Assembly (NCBI GenBank): GCA_965235115.1
Contig: OZ249436.1
Coordinates: 26,228,001 to 26,292,000 of the forward strand
DNA length: 64,000 bases
Reading direction: 5' to 3'
DNA from: Laetmonice hystrix
Taxonomy: Eukaryota
Shown: piece by piece, positions 22,971 to 35,571 of the stretch
Numbering within the stretch: position 1 is the stretch's first letter
Layout: each line of letters begins with the position of its first letter
Program-made: the position numbers and the translations under genes
Notes under the pieces: model-generated
What the model saw: only the letters and a program-made list of their open reading frames with translations
Database searches by the model: none
Told to the model about the DNA's origin: nothing

Positions 22971-25900
22971 CAGTGGGCCAGTTTTTCTAGAAATGTACAA
23001 TTGGCCAAAATGACACCTTGGTCTCTTCACAAGCCTGTAAATTATTGCTACTACCACCTAGGGCCCCCTTTTTGGTAACATTTCATGCAGGAGATCCTAA
23101 GCTTTCATAAAATATATACATTGTTATACTTTGGTACAACTCCTAACAAGCTGCAACTAATAGAAACTGAAAAATTGAGGAAAATTACCTTTTTTGCTCA
23201 TAAATTAAGGCTTTGACACCCTATATCGTTTACAAACACATTGGGATCCTTATTTTGATACTTGCTCATTGATCTATCATGGCTATATTGACATTCAAGG
23301 TGTATTACAGGCCAACCAGGTGGTGGGGTTTTTTTTTTATGGAGGATGGAGATTTTGTGTCCATTTTTAGGAACGTGCAAAACTTCTTTTTCTTCTATTA
23401 TACTTTATCACATTGAACACTTATAAAACAGAAGTATATCCATTGCTGTAATCTACATCTAGTTCTCTATATTGTGTTAAAGTCCTATTGGTGTAGCCAG
23501 AACAGTGAAAAAGTTATTAACTCCCAAATCTCAGCAGTCTGGTTTTATACCAAAAATGTTTCTCACGTTCCTCAGATGGAAGATCTCATTTAACTTCCAC
23601 ATAAGATAATATCTTGCACATTTAACACTTCATTACATTCCTTGCTAGATAATTCATTCTATAAATAAGATTACTTTAGAAGAAACGGCCCTTTGAATTG
23701 CATTTATGATAGAAATTTCGAATGTTGGAACGTGAGAGAGATGGGAACGTGAGTAATGGGGGAAAACATCTCACCGCATTTTTACCCTGTTCACTGGATA
23801 GAACGACGCAGCACGTTGTGGGAAAGAGGAAAGTCGAAAGTGTGGTAAGTATCTAGCACTTTTTGAAACATTATAAAGCGTTTCTACAGAATTATGGATG
23901 TATACATGTTGGCAAATGCCAGTCCGGATGTGAAATACATCGTTTTGGATCTAATTGACAAAATATAGGGATGCAATTAACCCTTCTTGCAATGTTTGTT
24001 TAACTTTGGGAAAGATTGATGTTTCCAATCGTGCCTCGTGCTCGAGCGGTTATACAGCAGGCATTTCGCCGGCTGCTTTCAAATGACTCAAGGTCGTTTC
24101 ATTCCGTGAGAAGTGGAACGTGAGTAATATGAATAGTGAGCCTTTCCAGGGGTTATATTTGATGTTATTTTTCAACTTTGGCCAAGTAATTATGCATAAA
24201 TATGAATGAATAAAGATATAAATGTGTCTCCGTTTAGGTGGTTTAACGTTGTCCATCGGAGGCTTGAATATACCCCTTACTCACGTTCCCTCTGTCTGTA
24301 TTGTCCAATATCATCGCTGTTTTGAAGTGCTGTGATCTTATCATTTATTATTAAACACAATTAAATCATTTGTTCATTATCTCTTCTATAAATTGAACCT
24401 ATGTTTGGCCTTCTCATAAATGTAAACGCTGAGAAAAATGCATAAATTCATGAATCGGGAACGTGAGTAAGAAAAGTGTCTCACGTTCCTCCACATATCA
24501 CAAACCCTGTTTTTTTTAATAAACGACAGCAGGCTCACATCACTTCCTATATGTTATTTCATATACTAATGTATATGTATTTGAATAGGTATTTATATGT
24601 TGTCTTCTCTCAGAGTTGGGTTAAAAAAACTTACTCACGTTCCACAACTGCTCAACAACACTCCACAACAACAACAAAAAATTGAAAAAATATTTCAATC
24701 CCAATAATATTTTAAATTCAGATGTGTTTATGCATTACCTTTAGATATACCACAGAAATGAATCCAAATTTAGAAATTTATTTTTTTGGTCATTCTGAAA
24801 TATTCCATTTTTTGGTGCTGGACATGGCTGGGTTGAATACCGACCCTGGGTAACCATGGAATGCCAGTCCTTGTGTGTCCAGTCTCTTATCTAGTGGCTG
24901 GTGGCTTTTTGAGATGCAAAAGCACATTCCAAAAGTAGAACAGGCCCCAAACCCTTGATAGTTGATTGGTTTTGAAGTGGCACTTTTTTGGCAATTTTAC
25001 TTGACTGTCCCACAGGCCTGTCCCTCCTTTTTAATCTTACATTAAAAATAGGAACAATCCTGGGTCCACCAAGACATTGACTTAAATTTTAAACATGTAT
25101 ATATTCCATTTTGTTTGTTTGAGCCTTTATAACATGTTTAAGTATTTTCATAGGTCACAAGTTTCACAGTCATGAGGAGGAGGACGAATACAGAGTCCCA
25201 GCTGGACTGGAGGCTAAAGAAGAAGGCGGAAGTCGGGGAGGGGGAGTTCAGGGCAAGGCAAAGTCAACGAATTTGAACTGATTGAATCATGTACAGGAGG
25301 GTTTGAGAATGCAATTGTTGTAAAACTATTTTATTATTCAGAGTTTTTCAAGAGAGAAGATTCATGCTAGAAATTACAAAGTAATTTTAATCAGCGAAGT
25401 CTCTTCCTCAAGGTAACATTTTGGGAATTTATGGGCCTATGATGTTTTCCATGATAAAATCAAGGAATGTAACATTTTTACGGTTTAAATATAAATTTTC
25501 GAGAGTATTGGGTCATATTTGACCTTCATAAGTGCGTTTGGGAAAATTGATGTCCTTGAGGAACGTGAGAAACTTTTTTTAGGGAACGTGAGTAATATAT
25601 CAAATGTTCTTATTCCAAGGGCTTCACAGCCATGTAATGCAAAGTCAACGAATTTTAACTGATTGAATCATGTACAGGAGGGTTTGAGCATGCAATTGTT
25701 GTAAAAATATTTTATTATTCAGAGTTTTTCAAGGGAGAAAATTCATGTGAGAAATTGCAAAGTAATTTTCATCAGCAAAGTTTTTTCTTTGTTGTAAAAT
25801 TGTTGGAATTTATGTGCCTCTGATGAAGTTTTCACAGATAAAATAAATTTGACATGTTTACAGTCTAAATAAAACTTTTTGGGCGTTTTCGATCTTATTT

Positions 25901-26548
25901 AGTCTGCCTTTGATAAAAGTATGGACATGGTGGAACGTGAGAAACCTTTTTGGGAACGTGAGTAATAATAATAGGTGTCAATTTATTAGCTTACTGCGAC
26001 ATGCAAATCGAATAGAAATGAAATATAATGCTTGTTTTATAATAATAAGATGTGTGAAAAGGTAATGAAACAGTTTTAACATGCATATTTGGCACCTAAA
26101 AAGAACTAGAGAATAGAGAATATTGTGAATATCTGATGGACATGATCCAGGAATTTTGGCAATTTCAGACCTAAATTTTGGCTAACTGTTTCATAAATTC
26201 ATATTTGCCCCACATTGTTCATAATTGGCACATATCAGGGGAATTTTGTTAAAATTTAATGGGCCAAATATAACTTTGTTCATTTAAATACAAGAGAAGG
26301 AAATTGCAAATATCTGAAGCAATGTCCAAAATCTTACTCACGTTCCACGAAAAGGAAGTACCCTTTTTTGAGGGCTCTAAAAACTGACTGGATAGGAATT
26401 CCTGAGTATAATTAACTTTTTCAGAAAGCTAAAATGTTCCTTTATCATAACCAATGCAAATGATATAGGTTGAGAAAAGTTTTTAAAATTCCATATTCTC
26501 TTGGCCGCTGAGGGCGAATTGTACATTTCTAGAAAAACTGGCCCATTA
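22971..26548 (+). mobile_element. Degenerate pogo/Tc1-type element
   Basis: 32-bp TIR cagtgggccagtttttctagaaatgtacaatt, TA TSD on both sides. Fragments SSGW..F....HIPK..P.PLIVDW..FYL at 24880-25030 resemble a pogo DDE domain. Internal ~380-bp duplication (25259 and 25639). Confidence 0.75.
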
Positions 26549-27231
26549 TATGTACACGAATAGATATGACCTGCTCAGGGCTGACAGACCAGACATATGT
26601 ATGAACTCGGCCCACATTCACCCCGTCGGGGTGGCTGATCCTGCATGTATACCCGGCTGGCAGGATTCCCAGTTCCCATGACTTTTACAGGGATCCTGTG
26701 TACTTTACTGAAAGTCGCTCACTCACAGGTAGCCATGTAATACTCCAGGAAAGCGGGACATAATGGGCCACATTTTTTCAAATGTGTTTTTTGAAAAATC
26801 GTTAACCACCTGGAACATGAAAATAGTACAGCAGTATACCTTACTACCAACCTTTATTACCAGTTCTGATTAGAAACTACGGAAGCCCAGAGTGGGTATC
26901 GTTAAAATCCACGTTCAAAACAAGTTTTACGACAGTTCAAAACAAGTTCTCGTTCACTCTCGCACTCTCTCACTCTTTCATATCATAATTATGTAGACAT
27001 ATATAGAGCTGTAATAGGTCCCGGATTCTCCACTGTAAAATTAAATAGGCCCCTAACATCACTTATGAAGTGATCAGGCGCTACCCGCCCGGTTAAAGGC
27101 GTGCCACGCCGGGTCAGGGCCAGGGGTTGGGGCATGAATGTCGCCTCGTGGTCATCGGGATGGGGGGGGGGGAAGTAGTCGACCCGTTGTGGTCATCGGG
27201 ATGGGAGGGGAGTGGGACCGACGGGCCGGGA

Positions 27232-27669
27232 GGGTGTGTGGCGGCACGATTTGACCCAACGGCACGATTTGACCCCGCGGCACGTTTTGACTCTCCAAAT
27301 CGGCACGTTTTGACCCCGCGGCACGATTTGACCCTTCAAATCGGCACGTTTTGACCTCGTGGCACGATTTGACCCCCTAAATCGGCACGTTTTGACCCTG
27401 CGGCATGATTTGACCCCCTATAAAACGGCACGTTTTGACCCCACGGCACGATTTGACCCCCTAAAACGGTACGTTTTGACCCCGCGGCACGGTTTGACCC
27501 CTGAAATCGGCACGTTTTGACCCCACGGCACGATTTGACCTTCGAAATCGGCACAATTTGACCCCGCGGCACGATTTGACACAGTTAAAACGGCACAATT
27601 TGACCCCGCGACACGATTTGACCCCCTGAAACAGCACGATTTGACCCTCAAATTCGGCAAGACACACTC
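27232..27669 (+). repeat. Array of ~20 cggcacg(a/t)tttgaccc motifs, probably a MITE body
   Basis: Alternating 19-25-bp units bounded by gggtgtgt / acacactc. Confidence 0.75.
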
Positions 27670-28104
27670 CCCCTAAAGTCTTGTAATTCTTGTAAAAGGA
27701 ATGATTAGCGAGTTAAAAGGGGAGGAATGCGCAACAGTAAAGATATTGTTTTTCATATGTATTAATCTCCCTCCAGAAATGTCAATTTTATTTATAACAT
27801 GAAGAGAAAATTTGCAAAGCTGTGCATAATAATAAAGGGTTATTTCTCTTTTATGCTAGATATAGAGGCAATATGAGACCATGGTTCACCCCGTAGTCTA
27901 TGGTTAACTTTCCAAGTTAATTGTAAATAAACAAGCATACGTAACATTAAAATATAAAGGCGTACACTTAAGGCGTAAGACTACATCTCTTTACTGGCCA
28001 AAAGGCCAAAAATGCCTGTTCGATACTGGCAGGCTCGGTCGCTGCGATCGCTATTATGTTTGGTCGTATAGAGGGCGCTGCGAACGTGGACCCCCCCCCC
28101 CCCC

Positions 28105-28446
28105 CGGTGCGTAATTTTTTTTCCCACATTAGTTCCGGACCCCATTCTAGCTTCAGCCAATCATTGAACGCCAGACTCTATCGCTCGCGATATGGGACCG
28201 AACAGTGTCAGTGAATGTTTCTTATTGACACATCTACTGCTCATCAATTAGTGCCTATTTAACAATAATTTTGGGCTATGAAAACTAACACTAACCCTAG
28301 GCCTAACCTTCACCCTAACCCAAACACACTGTCTCGCATCTCGCATGTCGTCGCCGGTATTCCATAGCCATATGTGTGCCTGTTTCTGATTGGCTGTATG
28401 ATAATGGGGGGTCCAGAACTAATGTGGGAAAAAGAATTGCGCCCCC
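28105..28446. mobile_element. MITE
   Basis: TIR tttttcccacattagttccggacccc / ggggtccagaactaatgtgggaaaaa. Confidence 0.7.
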
Positions 28447-29326
28447 GGCGTGTACATGTACAGGAATCCCCCGGAATCCCTTGGAATTTACCGGAATCCC
28501 CCCGAATCTACCGGAATCCCCCGGAATCCCCCGGAATCTACCGGAATCCCCCCGGATTTGGACTCAGAAGGCCCCAGAGTATCCCAGGAGCACATTGGAT
28601 TCCGCCGGACTTGACACAATTTGATTTGACACAATTCGAGAAAAGGCAAAATGACTAAATACCGGAATCCCCCTGTATCTCTCTAATTTACCCCAAAATG
28701 TCTCGGAATCCTCCCGGATTTGGGCTCACAAGGGCCCAGAGTAGCTCCTCTATCCCTGGAGCACATTGGAATCCGCTGGACTTTGACTTTGGGTAAATTA
28801 GAGCGATACAGGGGGATTCCGGTATTTAGTCATTTGCCCTTTTCTCGAATTGTGTCAAGTCCGGCAAAGTCCGGCGGATTCCAATGTGCTCCAGGGATAC
28901 TCTGGGCCCTTGTGAGCCCAAATCCGGGGGATCCCGGTACATTTTGGGGTAAATTAGAGAGATACAGGGGGATTCCGGTATTTAGTCATTTGCCCATTTC
29001 TCAAATTGTGTCAAATCCGGCAAAGTCCGGCGGATTCTAATGTGCTCCAGGGATAATCTGGGCCCTTATGAGCCCAAATCCGGGGGGGGGGTGGTTCCGG
29101 TACATTTTGGGGTAAATTAGAGAGATACAGGGGGATTCCGGTTGTGCCCTTTTCGCCAGTTGTGTCAAATCTGGCAAAGTCCGGCGGATTCCATCAATGT
29201 GCTCCTTCCGAGCCCAAATCCGGGGGGGGGGGGATTCCGGTAGATTCCGGGGGATTCCGGTAGATTCCGGAGGATTCCGGTAAATTCCGGGGGATTCCGG
29301 GGGATTCCGGTATTTAGTCACACGCC
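28447..29326. mobile_element. Foldback MITE built of ccggaatccc repeats
   Basis: ggcgtgt...acacgcc ends; the left half mirrors the right half, with the orientation flipping near 28785. Confidence 0.75.
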
Positions 29327-29869
29327 GAATAGTTCTTGCGCTATAGGACTTCCCTTCTCTATAACGGTATGGCCTGGGACCAAACTAATGACACACCTGA
29401 GTGATTCTTTTATATATTATTGTCATACGCATGACGTCACGGCCATTCCGGACATGAATAGGCTGGTCCTCGATCTGTCCCATCTGGCGCTCCGCTGAGT
29501 TTAACGGAGCGCCAGATGGAACAGGGGACCAGTCTAGAACATGAACCCTTTTTGTTAGTGTGTGTTGGATCCTGAATCGATTCATGTGTGTTTGTTTTCA
29601 AAACATCCGCACTATTTTCAAAATGTCGGCTGACATCATAGAGTCATCATACGGCCAAGACATCAGTCGACTCTGTGTCGGGTTGCCTGGCGGTTCCCCA
29701 GGGCCGCATCGGGGGGGGGGGGGTTGCAACCCCCCCTTAGAAATCCCCCCCCCCCCCAAAAAAAGGGGGAAAATGAAAAGAAAAGGAAACAAAGGTGTCA
29801 AATGTTCGTCCTCCAGCCCAGGAACCACAGTGTGAATCTAGAATCTAAAGCAATAAGTATAGGGGTATA

Positions 29870-31039
29870 GGTCAAATCACCATGAGTGGGCCGGTTGTTG
29901 GTATCAAATATTTTGAAAGGCTGTGGTTTCCTTAGCAGAGACACTATCCCATCAATCGGCACATCATCTTGTAGGAAATTTTGCTCTCTCAAAAATCAAG
30001 AGCGCAAGACCTCAAAAAGACTCAAAAATAATGTGTGAGGAATCGAAAAGTTGTAGGAGCCAAAATCACCACGAGTGGGCCAGGGATCACCATGAGTGGG
30101 CCGGGGGGGTCACCATGAGTGGACCGGGGTATTAATATTATTATTATTAGGCCTATTATTATTATTAGACCTTTTATTATTATTATATCTACATTATATT
30201 ATTATTATAAATCCCAGTAAGCTACTTATGCCTATAGATCTACACGTGGCAACACTCCCCACACTGATCATCCGTACACCGAGCTTCCCTTTAGACTTGA
30301 ACCCTACTTTTTGTTTTAGGCCTACCTATTATTGCTTTTCTTTCTTTGCCATTAGGACTGCTATAGCCACCCGCAGACACATCTCCTGTTTCAGCCTTCT
30401 TTCTTCCTTCACTGCCACCAGAAATGATTTCCGTTTGCTTTCCTTAACTTGTTATGCTCAAATAAAGTATTTGGTTCAATTTTATTCAGTAACTTATCTT
30501 AAAATATTAGCTGTGGGGGCCTTTGGGTGGGTGGTAACCAGGTGGCCCACTCATGGTGACGGCGGTGGGACCACTCATGGTCACGTGTTGGACCACTCAA
30601 GGTTACCCTGACTTGGTGTTTTTATTCAGAAATTATGAAAACAAAACCAATGATTTCATTCTAATTTCTATTTTTTCTATTAAAGATACTTTTCTAATAT
30701 CACTATTTAGTAACATGATGCTTCCCCCAAAGCTCGCCAAAGATTTGCAGGCAGCTCTGTCATTTGGAAAGTGCTAATTGAAAATTTACACTCACCGAAA
30801 CGAACGTCATGAACCAGGCGGGAGATGCGAAAAATACGCGAGGGGAAAACATTCTTTGACACCATAGTGTCGCAACCAACGAATACACGAGATGGCAGCA
30901 CACAATGGATTCGCTGTACCCTACTGAGACAAGGAAGGAGCAAGATCGTATAATGCAACGATGTGTGAGTGATAGGCTCCCGAAATTGGCCCACTCATGG
31001 TATACCCTCCCCGAATGGCCCACTCATGGTGATTTGACC
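29870..31039. mobile_element. Non-autonomous Tc1/pogo-type element
   Basis: Perfect TIR ggtcaaatcaccatgagtgggcc, TA TSD, internal copies of caccatgagtgg. Confidence 0.8.
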
Positions 31040-32305
31040 TAGCCTATAAAAAAAAAATCCTGGATCCGGCCCTGCTCCCCCTAACTAAAAACGCTAGGCC
31101 TAGAGTGTTTTGAGGCTGTTGCCCCCCCCCTAGCTCAAAAGCTGGGGGGGCAAGCATATAGTTTTGCCCTCCCCCCCCCCCCCAGCTCAAAGGTGACAGG
31201 AGATGGTCAGACGGCCTAGATTTTGTGCCCAGATGCCAGGAAAACGCGCATTTGGCACTTTCATTTTCAAATTTTTCTGGGGGAGGACCCCAGACCCCCC
31301 CCTCAAGGCTTCGCGCCTTCGGCGCTCGCATGCCCAGCATTTCAAATCTTGGAACTATGATTTCGTCTTTGCCCACCCCCCACCTCTGAATATCATCCGC
31401 CGCCTTTGTGTATGACAGCAGTTGACAACAAATGTTTTATTTTTCCTTTGTCCTTAGTCTGATAGTTTTTTTTTGCGAGGAGATGGGAAGGGGCTCTAGT
31501 CTAGGCCTAATAGATAGGCCTCGCTGATGCCGGTCCTGGGCTACAATCTGTAGGCCTATATGCTGCCGCCTGGTGGAAGTCGGCCTATAGGCCGACTAAT
31601 GGAAAGGTCCACAATTTAAAGGTGGCCACCACCCAACATTTTGGGCTGGCTACGGGCCTGTAAGGGGGAGTGTATTCAGGCTAGGGGGAGTGTTTTGAGA
31701 CTCGTTCGAAAATACGCTAGAGCGTTTTCGGGCTAGTGTCAAAACAGTGTATTGAGGCTGGGAGTGTTTTGAGACTCCTACACCGGCAGCCGGCCTGCCC
31801 TTGCACCCACCCCCACTCCGCACTGGGGCACTCGCCAGTCCACCCGGCTGAGCATGAGGCCAGTGCGCCATGAAATACCCCCCGTATTGCAGTCATAGGC
31901 AGCATTATTCCATAGCTATAGCATATAGTATAGGCTATGAAATATTGCAGTCCGTGGAACCTGGTGAAATTTTTCCAACCTGTTTAGATTCAAGATATGA
32001 ATTTCAGTTCGTCAGTCTGTGAGCACTGCATGATAATGTAACTTATCGGTGTTGCAATCATGGCCTTGATTTTTATGGTTCCATTCTTCTTTATATATTT
32101 TCTGTATCATCAACCTTTGATTGTAGGTGATTTTAAATGGTTAGTTTATGCGTTAATAAACAATGTCCCACTTGTATGATTCTTTTTGGGCTTTCCTCAC
32201 ATGCTACGAGTAATTTGGCAGCCAGACTGGGAGAAAGGAATGACGACCCGACAACTTATATAACAACATGTGAAGGATCATCAGGACAATAGCATCTGGG
32301 GCCTG

Positions 32306-34760
32306 GGGCCTGTTGTTTAAAAAATCGCTAATAACGTACTAAGAGAATTACGTTAATAGCGTGCCATTCTGTTGTTTAAAACTTCACACCTGTCCACGTA
32401 CGTTAATAACGTATGTATGTCCCTATGCCCGTTCAATTTCCATTGTTTAAAAAAAGATTCGTACGTTAAGGGTCCCGAAAGGCCACGTTAATCAATTAAA
32501 TAACCCCCAAATTAACGAGCACCTAAGAGGTCCTCGTTAGCCGTGGAACTAGTTCAAATGAAACGTGTTTTGGCGGAAAGACGTTAGTTTTAAGCGGCAG
32601 AATGGACGTACACCGGGCCAGAAGGACACGGACGTTGTTCCCGCATATTAATCCGTTAATTTAATGATGGCAAGTTCCTCAATAGATACAGGATTTACAA
32701 GCTATCCGTCACTGAGATGGCCCGAGATTTTGGTCAGTCCGGATTTTGCAGAACAAGGGGCGACACCCGGGGAGCTGGTTTGACCGTGGAGGAGAGAGTG
32801 TGTACACAAGACAGTTATTTTATCAGATCAAATTAATTATATAATTATGTATTTTTTAAAAATATAATATTATACTCATAGCTTTCGGAAGTTTGAGAGG
32901 AATGAACAGTACATCCACTGAAAAATAAGTGTACCTTTCACCTGCATGCCAACAATTGGTTAGTTGAATCCGTAATCATTCCATATGTCATAAAAATTAC
33001 TTAACCTTAAACACCCATTTACAACAATCGGTACTGACGTCTATGAATATTATAAAAAAGGAATTCTATCCGGCTTACGCCCTGCCACACACAACAAAGC
33101 ATGGCACTGCCCACGAACACATCAGTGCCCCGCCATTCACTGGAAAAAATACCCATAAGCATAAGATTTGACGTTTATTCGCCATAAAATTATAATTCTC
33201 TTTACAGATATTCAACAATGAAAACATGTACAGACTCTTAGTTTGGTGGTGAAGATCGACCTGATCTTATAACGTACCAGGGAAATACAACTTTGTAAAT
33301 GTAACTCGGCATTTACACATGAATTTAAATACAGTGCGATTCATTTTTCTATGAGGTCCAGGAATTCTAGTATTATAATATAAACGTTCAAATTAATATC
33401 AGTCAACAAACTTTCTATTTCTGTTTTCTGGATGTTTTGGGTATCTTGCTCTTGATAGTGTTGATATTATCCAACAGAATGGGAAAGTTTCGGCAGGTAT
33501 TTCCCCCACAGATACGAAAGTGAAGAAAGCTGCATCCTCTGTAACTAGTAACGACAGCACCCCACAAGAAGAGCCGAATACATACGGCAACATTTCGGGG
33601 TGGGGCAGCAACAACAGTAGGGACAAAAACTGAATTTTTACCATACCACAAACGGAGGAGGTTTAATAAAGGAACTTTGACAACAAGAAGCACTGCCATC
33701 GTCTTACTTTAAAATATATTATTTGAATAAAATTATAAAAACTACTGCAAAATCGCAACTGTGCTATTTGCTATATGACTACCACACTTCGAACTTAGCA
33801 ACATGTTGTCCAGACACAATAGATAAATGAACATGCAGGTATCACAGCTCTGCAGCTCGACCCGCCATGTGCGTGAGCGAATGCTGGCTGACACACGCTT
33901 CGGAGTAGGTGGGAGGCACATTTCATTGGGCTTTCGCAGCTCCACTAAGTTAGCATCTTCTTCAGCTTCCTCTTCCTTTTTGTCTTGGGGATTTCTGGGA
34001 GTTATGCAAATGCCCTCTTCATTGAAACCTGTCTCCAGGGCTGCCACTCGTCTCCCGGTGGCCTTCTAACAGGAACCTTCTTTGTTGTTTGGACCATTTT
34101 CTAGAAATAATTATGAAATTTTATGAAGATGAAGAGATTATATGATACGTATATCATGTCGAAGATTCAGGGATGCCAACATTTGAGACTTAGCTGAATT
34201 AGCTTCAGAGACACTTTGGCTTCTCAGTTTGATCTTTCAATGGGTTAAAAGCAGCGAAAATCAAACTGTTATGCAATAAAATTAATATGAACATAATGCG
34301 AGCTAGCCTATAGGGTTTGATATTTAAACAAGAGTATGCATCATTATGCAAGTTGATCCTCTGAATGGTCCAAGTAGAATTTGACTTGTGCTCAGTGCTG
34401 AAGGATTCAATGGCAGTAGGCCATTAATATGACAATGACCAGGCACGGATCTAGGTTTGCCCCAACGGGTTGGGGGTGCTGGGGGTACGGGGGGGGGGGG
34501 GTGTTTTGTGTGAAAAAAGAAGAATTACTTTGTAACGGGGGGTTGCAACCCCAGCAACCACATTTGCCGCTCGTATTTTGCGAGATTTGCACTGTATACG
34601 TAATGCACGTTAATAACGTACGAAACTAAGTGTCTTAAGTGTCTCATAGCGAGGGTCTTTAAACAACGCAACCATATTTTATTCGTTAGTAATCACGTTA
34701 ATTTGCAACATTTTACGCTAACTACGTACACCATTGGCACGCTATTTAAACAACAGGGGC
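32306..34760 (+). mobile_element. Deleted PIF/Harbinger element
   Basis: TIR g.gcctgttgtttaaa / tttaaacaacaggggc, taacgta subterminal repeats, HARBI1-like N-terminal remnant on plus, and an acidic coiled-coil remnant on minus (33900-34100). Confidence 0.7.
32602..32798 (+). pseudogene. Harbinger (HARBI1-like) transposase N-terminal remnant
   Basis: MDVHRARRTRTLFPHINPL /frameshift/ FNDGKFLNRYRIYKLSVTEMARDFG...TRGAGLTVEER, matching the NPL..D..F..RYR..K..V..L pattern of HARBI1-like N-termini. Confidence 0.6.
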
Positions 34761-35571
34761 AAGAGCGGGTACCAGGAGAAAGCGTGAATTCGTCATATCT
34801 CGCGAGACTTGATGAGAACCCGGCCTTCAACATTACAGGCGTTGATCATCCCAACCACATGGAGTTAATGCCAAAAAAAAAGGTTTTTGTTGAATGTGCT
34901 GATAAAAACTGTAGTGAGTAACTGACTCGTTTTGTGAAATGCCACCGGAGACTATAAATTATTAGATTTTGAAAAATATCACCTCGTGCACACATGTGAC
35001 CATAGCCGCCCAGGCCAAGGGTGTAGATAGAGGGGGGGGAGGGGGTTCTATTAACCACTGCCTTCTTAGTATAAAAAAACAATCCATACCGGGAGTCGGG
35101 AGGGGGGGGGGGGCATTTTAGCCCCCGAGAACCCAAAGTATTTTAGCTGATGACCTCTTGGGGTTACCTAATCATAACTTTCATTCATTTATCATTTATT
35201 TTTTTATTTTGGGGGGCTACAGTCACCCTTGCCGCCGTGCCTCCTTTATCAATATAAAGTTGTAGGTTATAAATTATAAGTTAACCTAGGCCTAGCCATA
35301 TTCCCCACATGGAATAGCTTCCCCCTGGGAACCAGCATTAGGCCTATTTACTTTTAGCAGCAGGTCTTCATCTCAGCCACCACCATCGACTTACTCAAGT
35401 TACTGTATAAATTAAAATAATGTAATGATTTCCATCAAACCATCAAAATGTTTTGATCAAAATCATCAAAAATCCATCGATGGTTCCATCAAAATCATGC
35501 CGCTCACTGTCACAGTAACTGCCGCTCACAGTGACTGCTGCTCACAATGAATGCCGCACCTATCATGCCAG

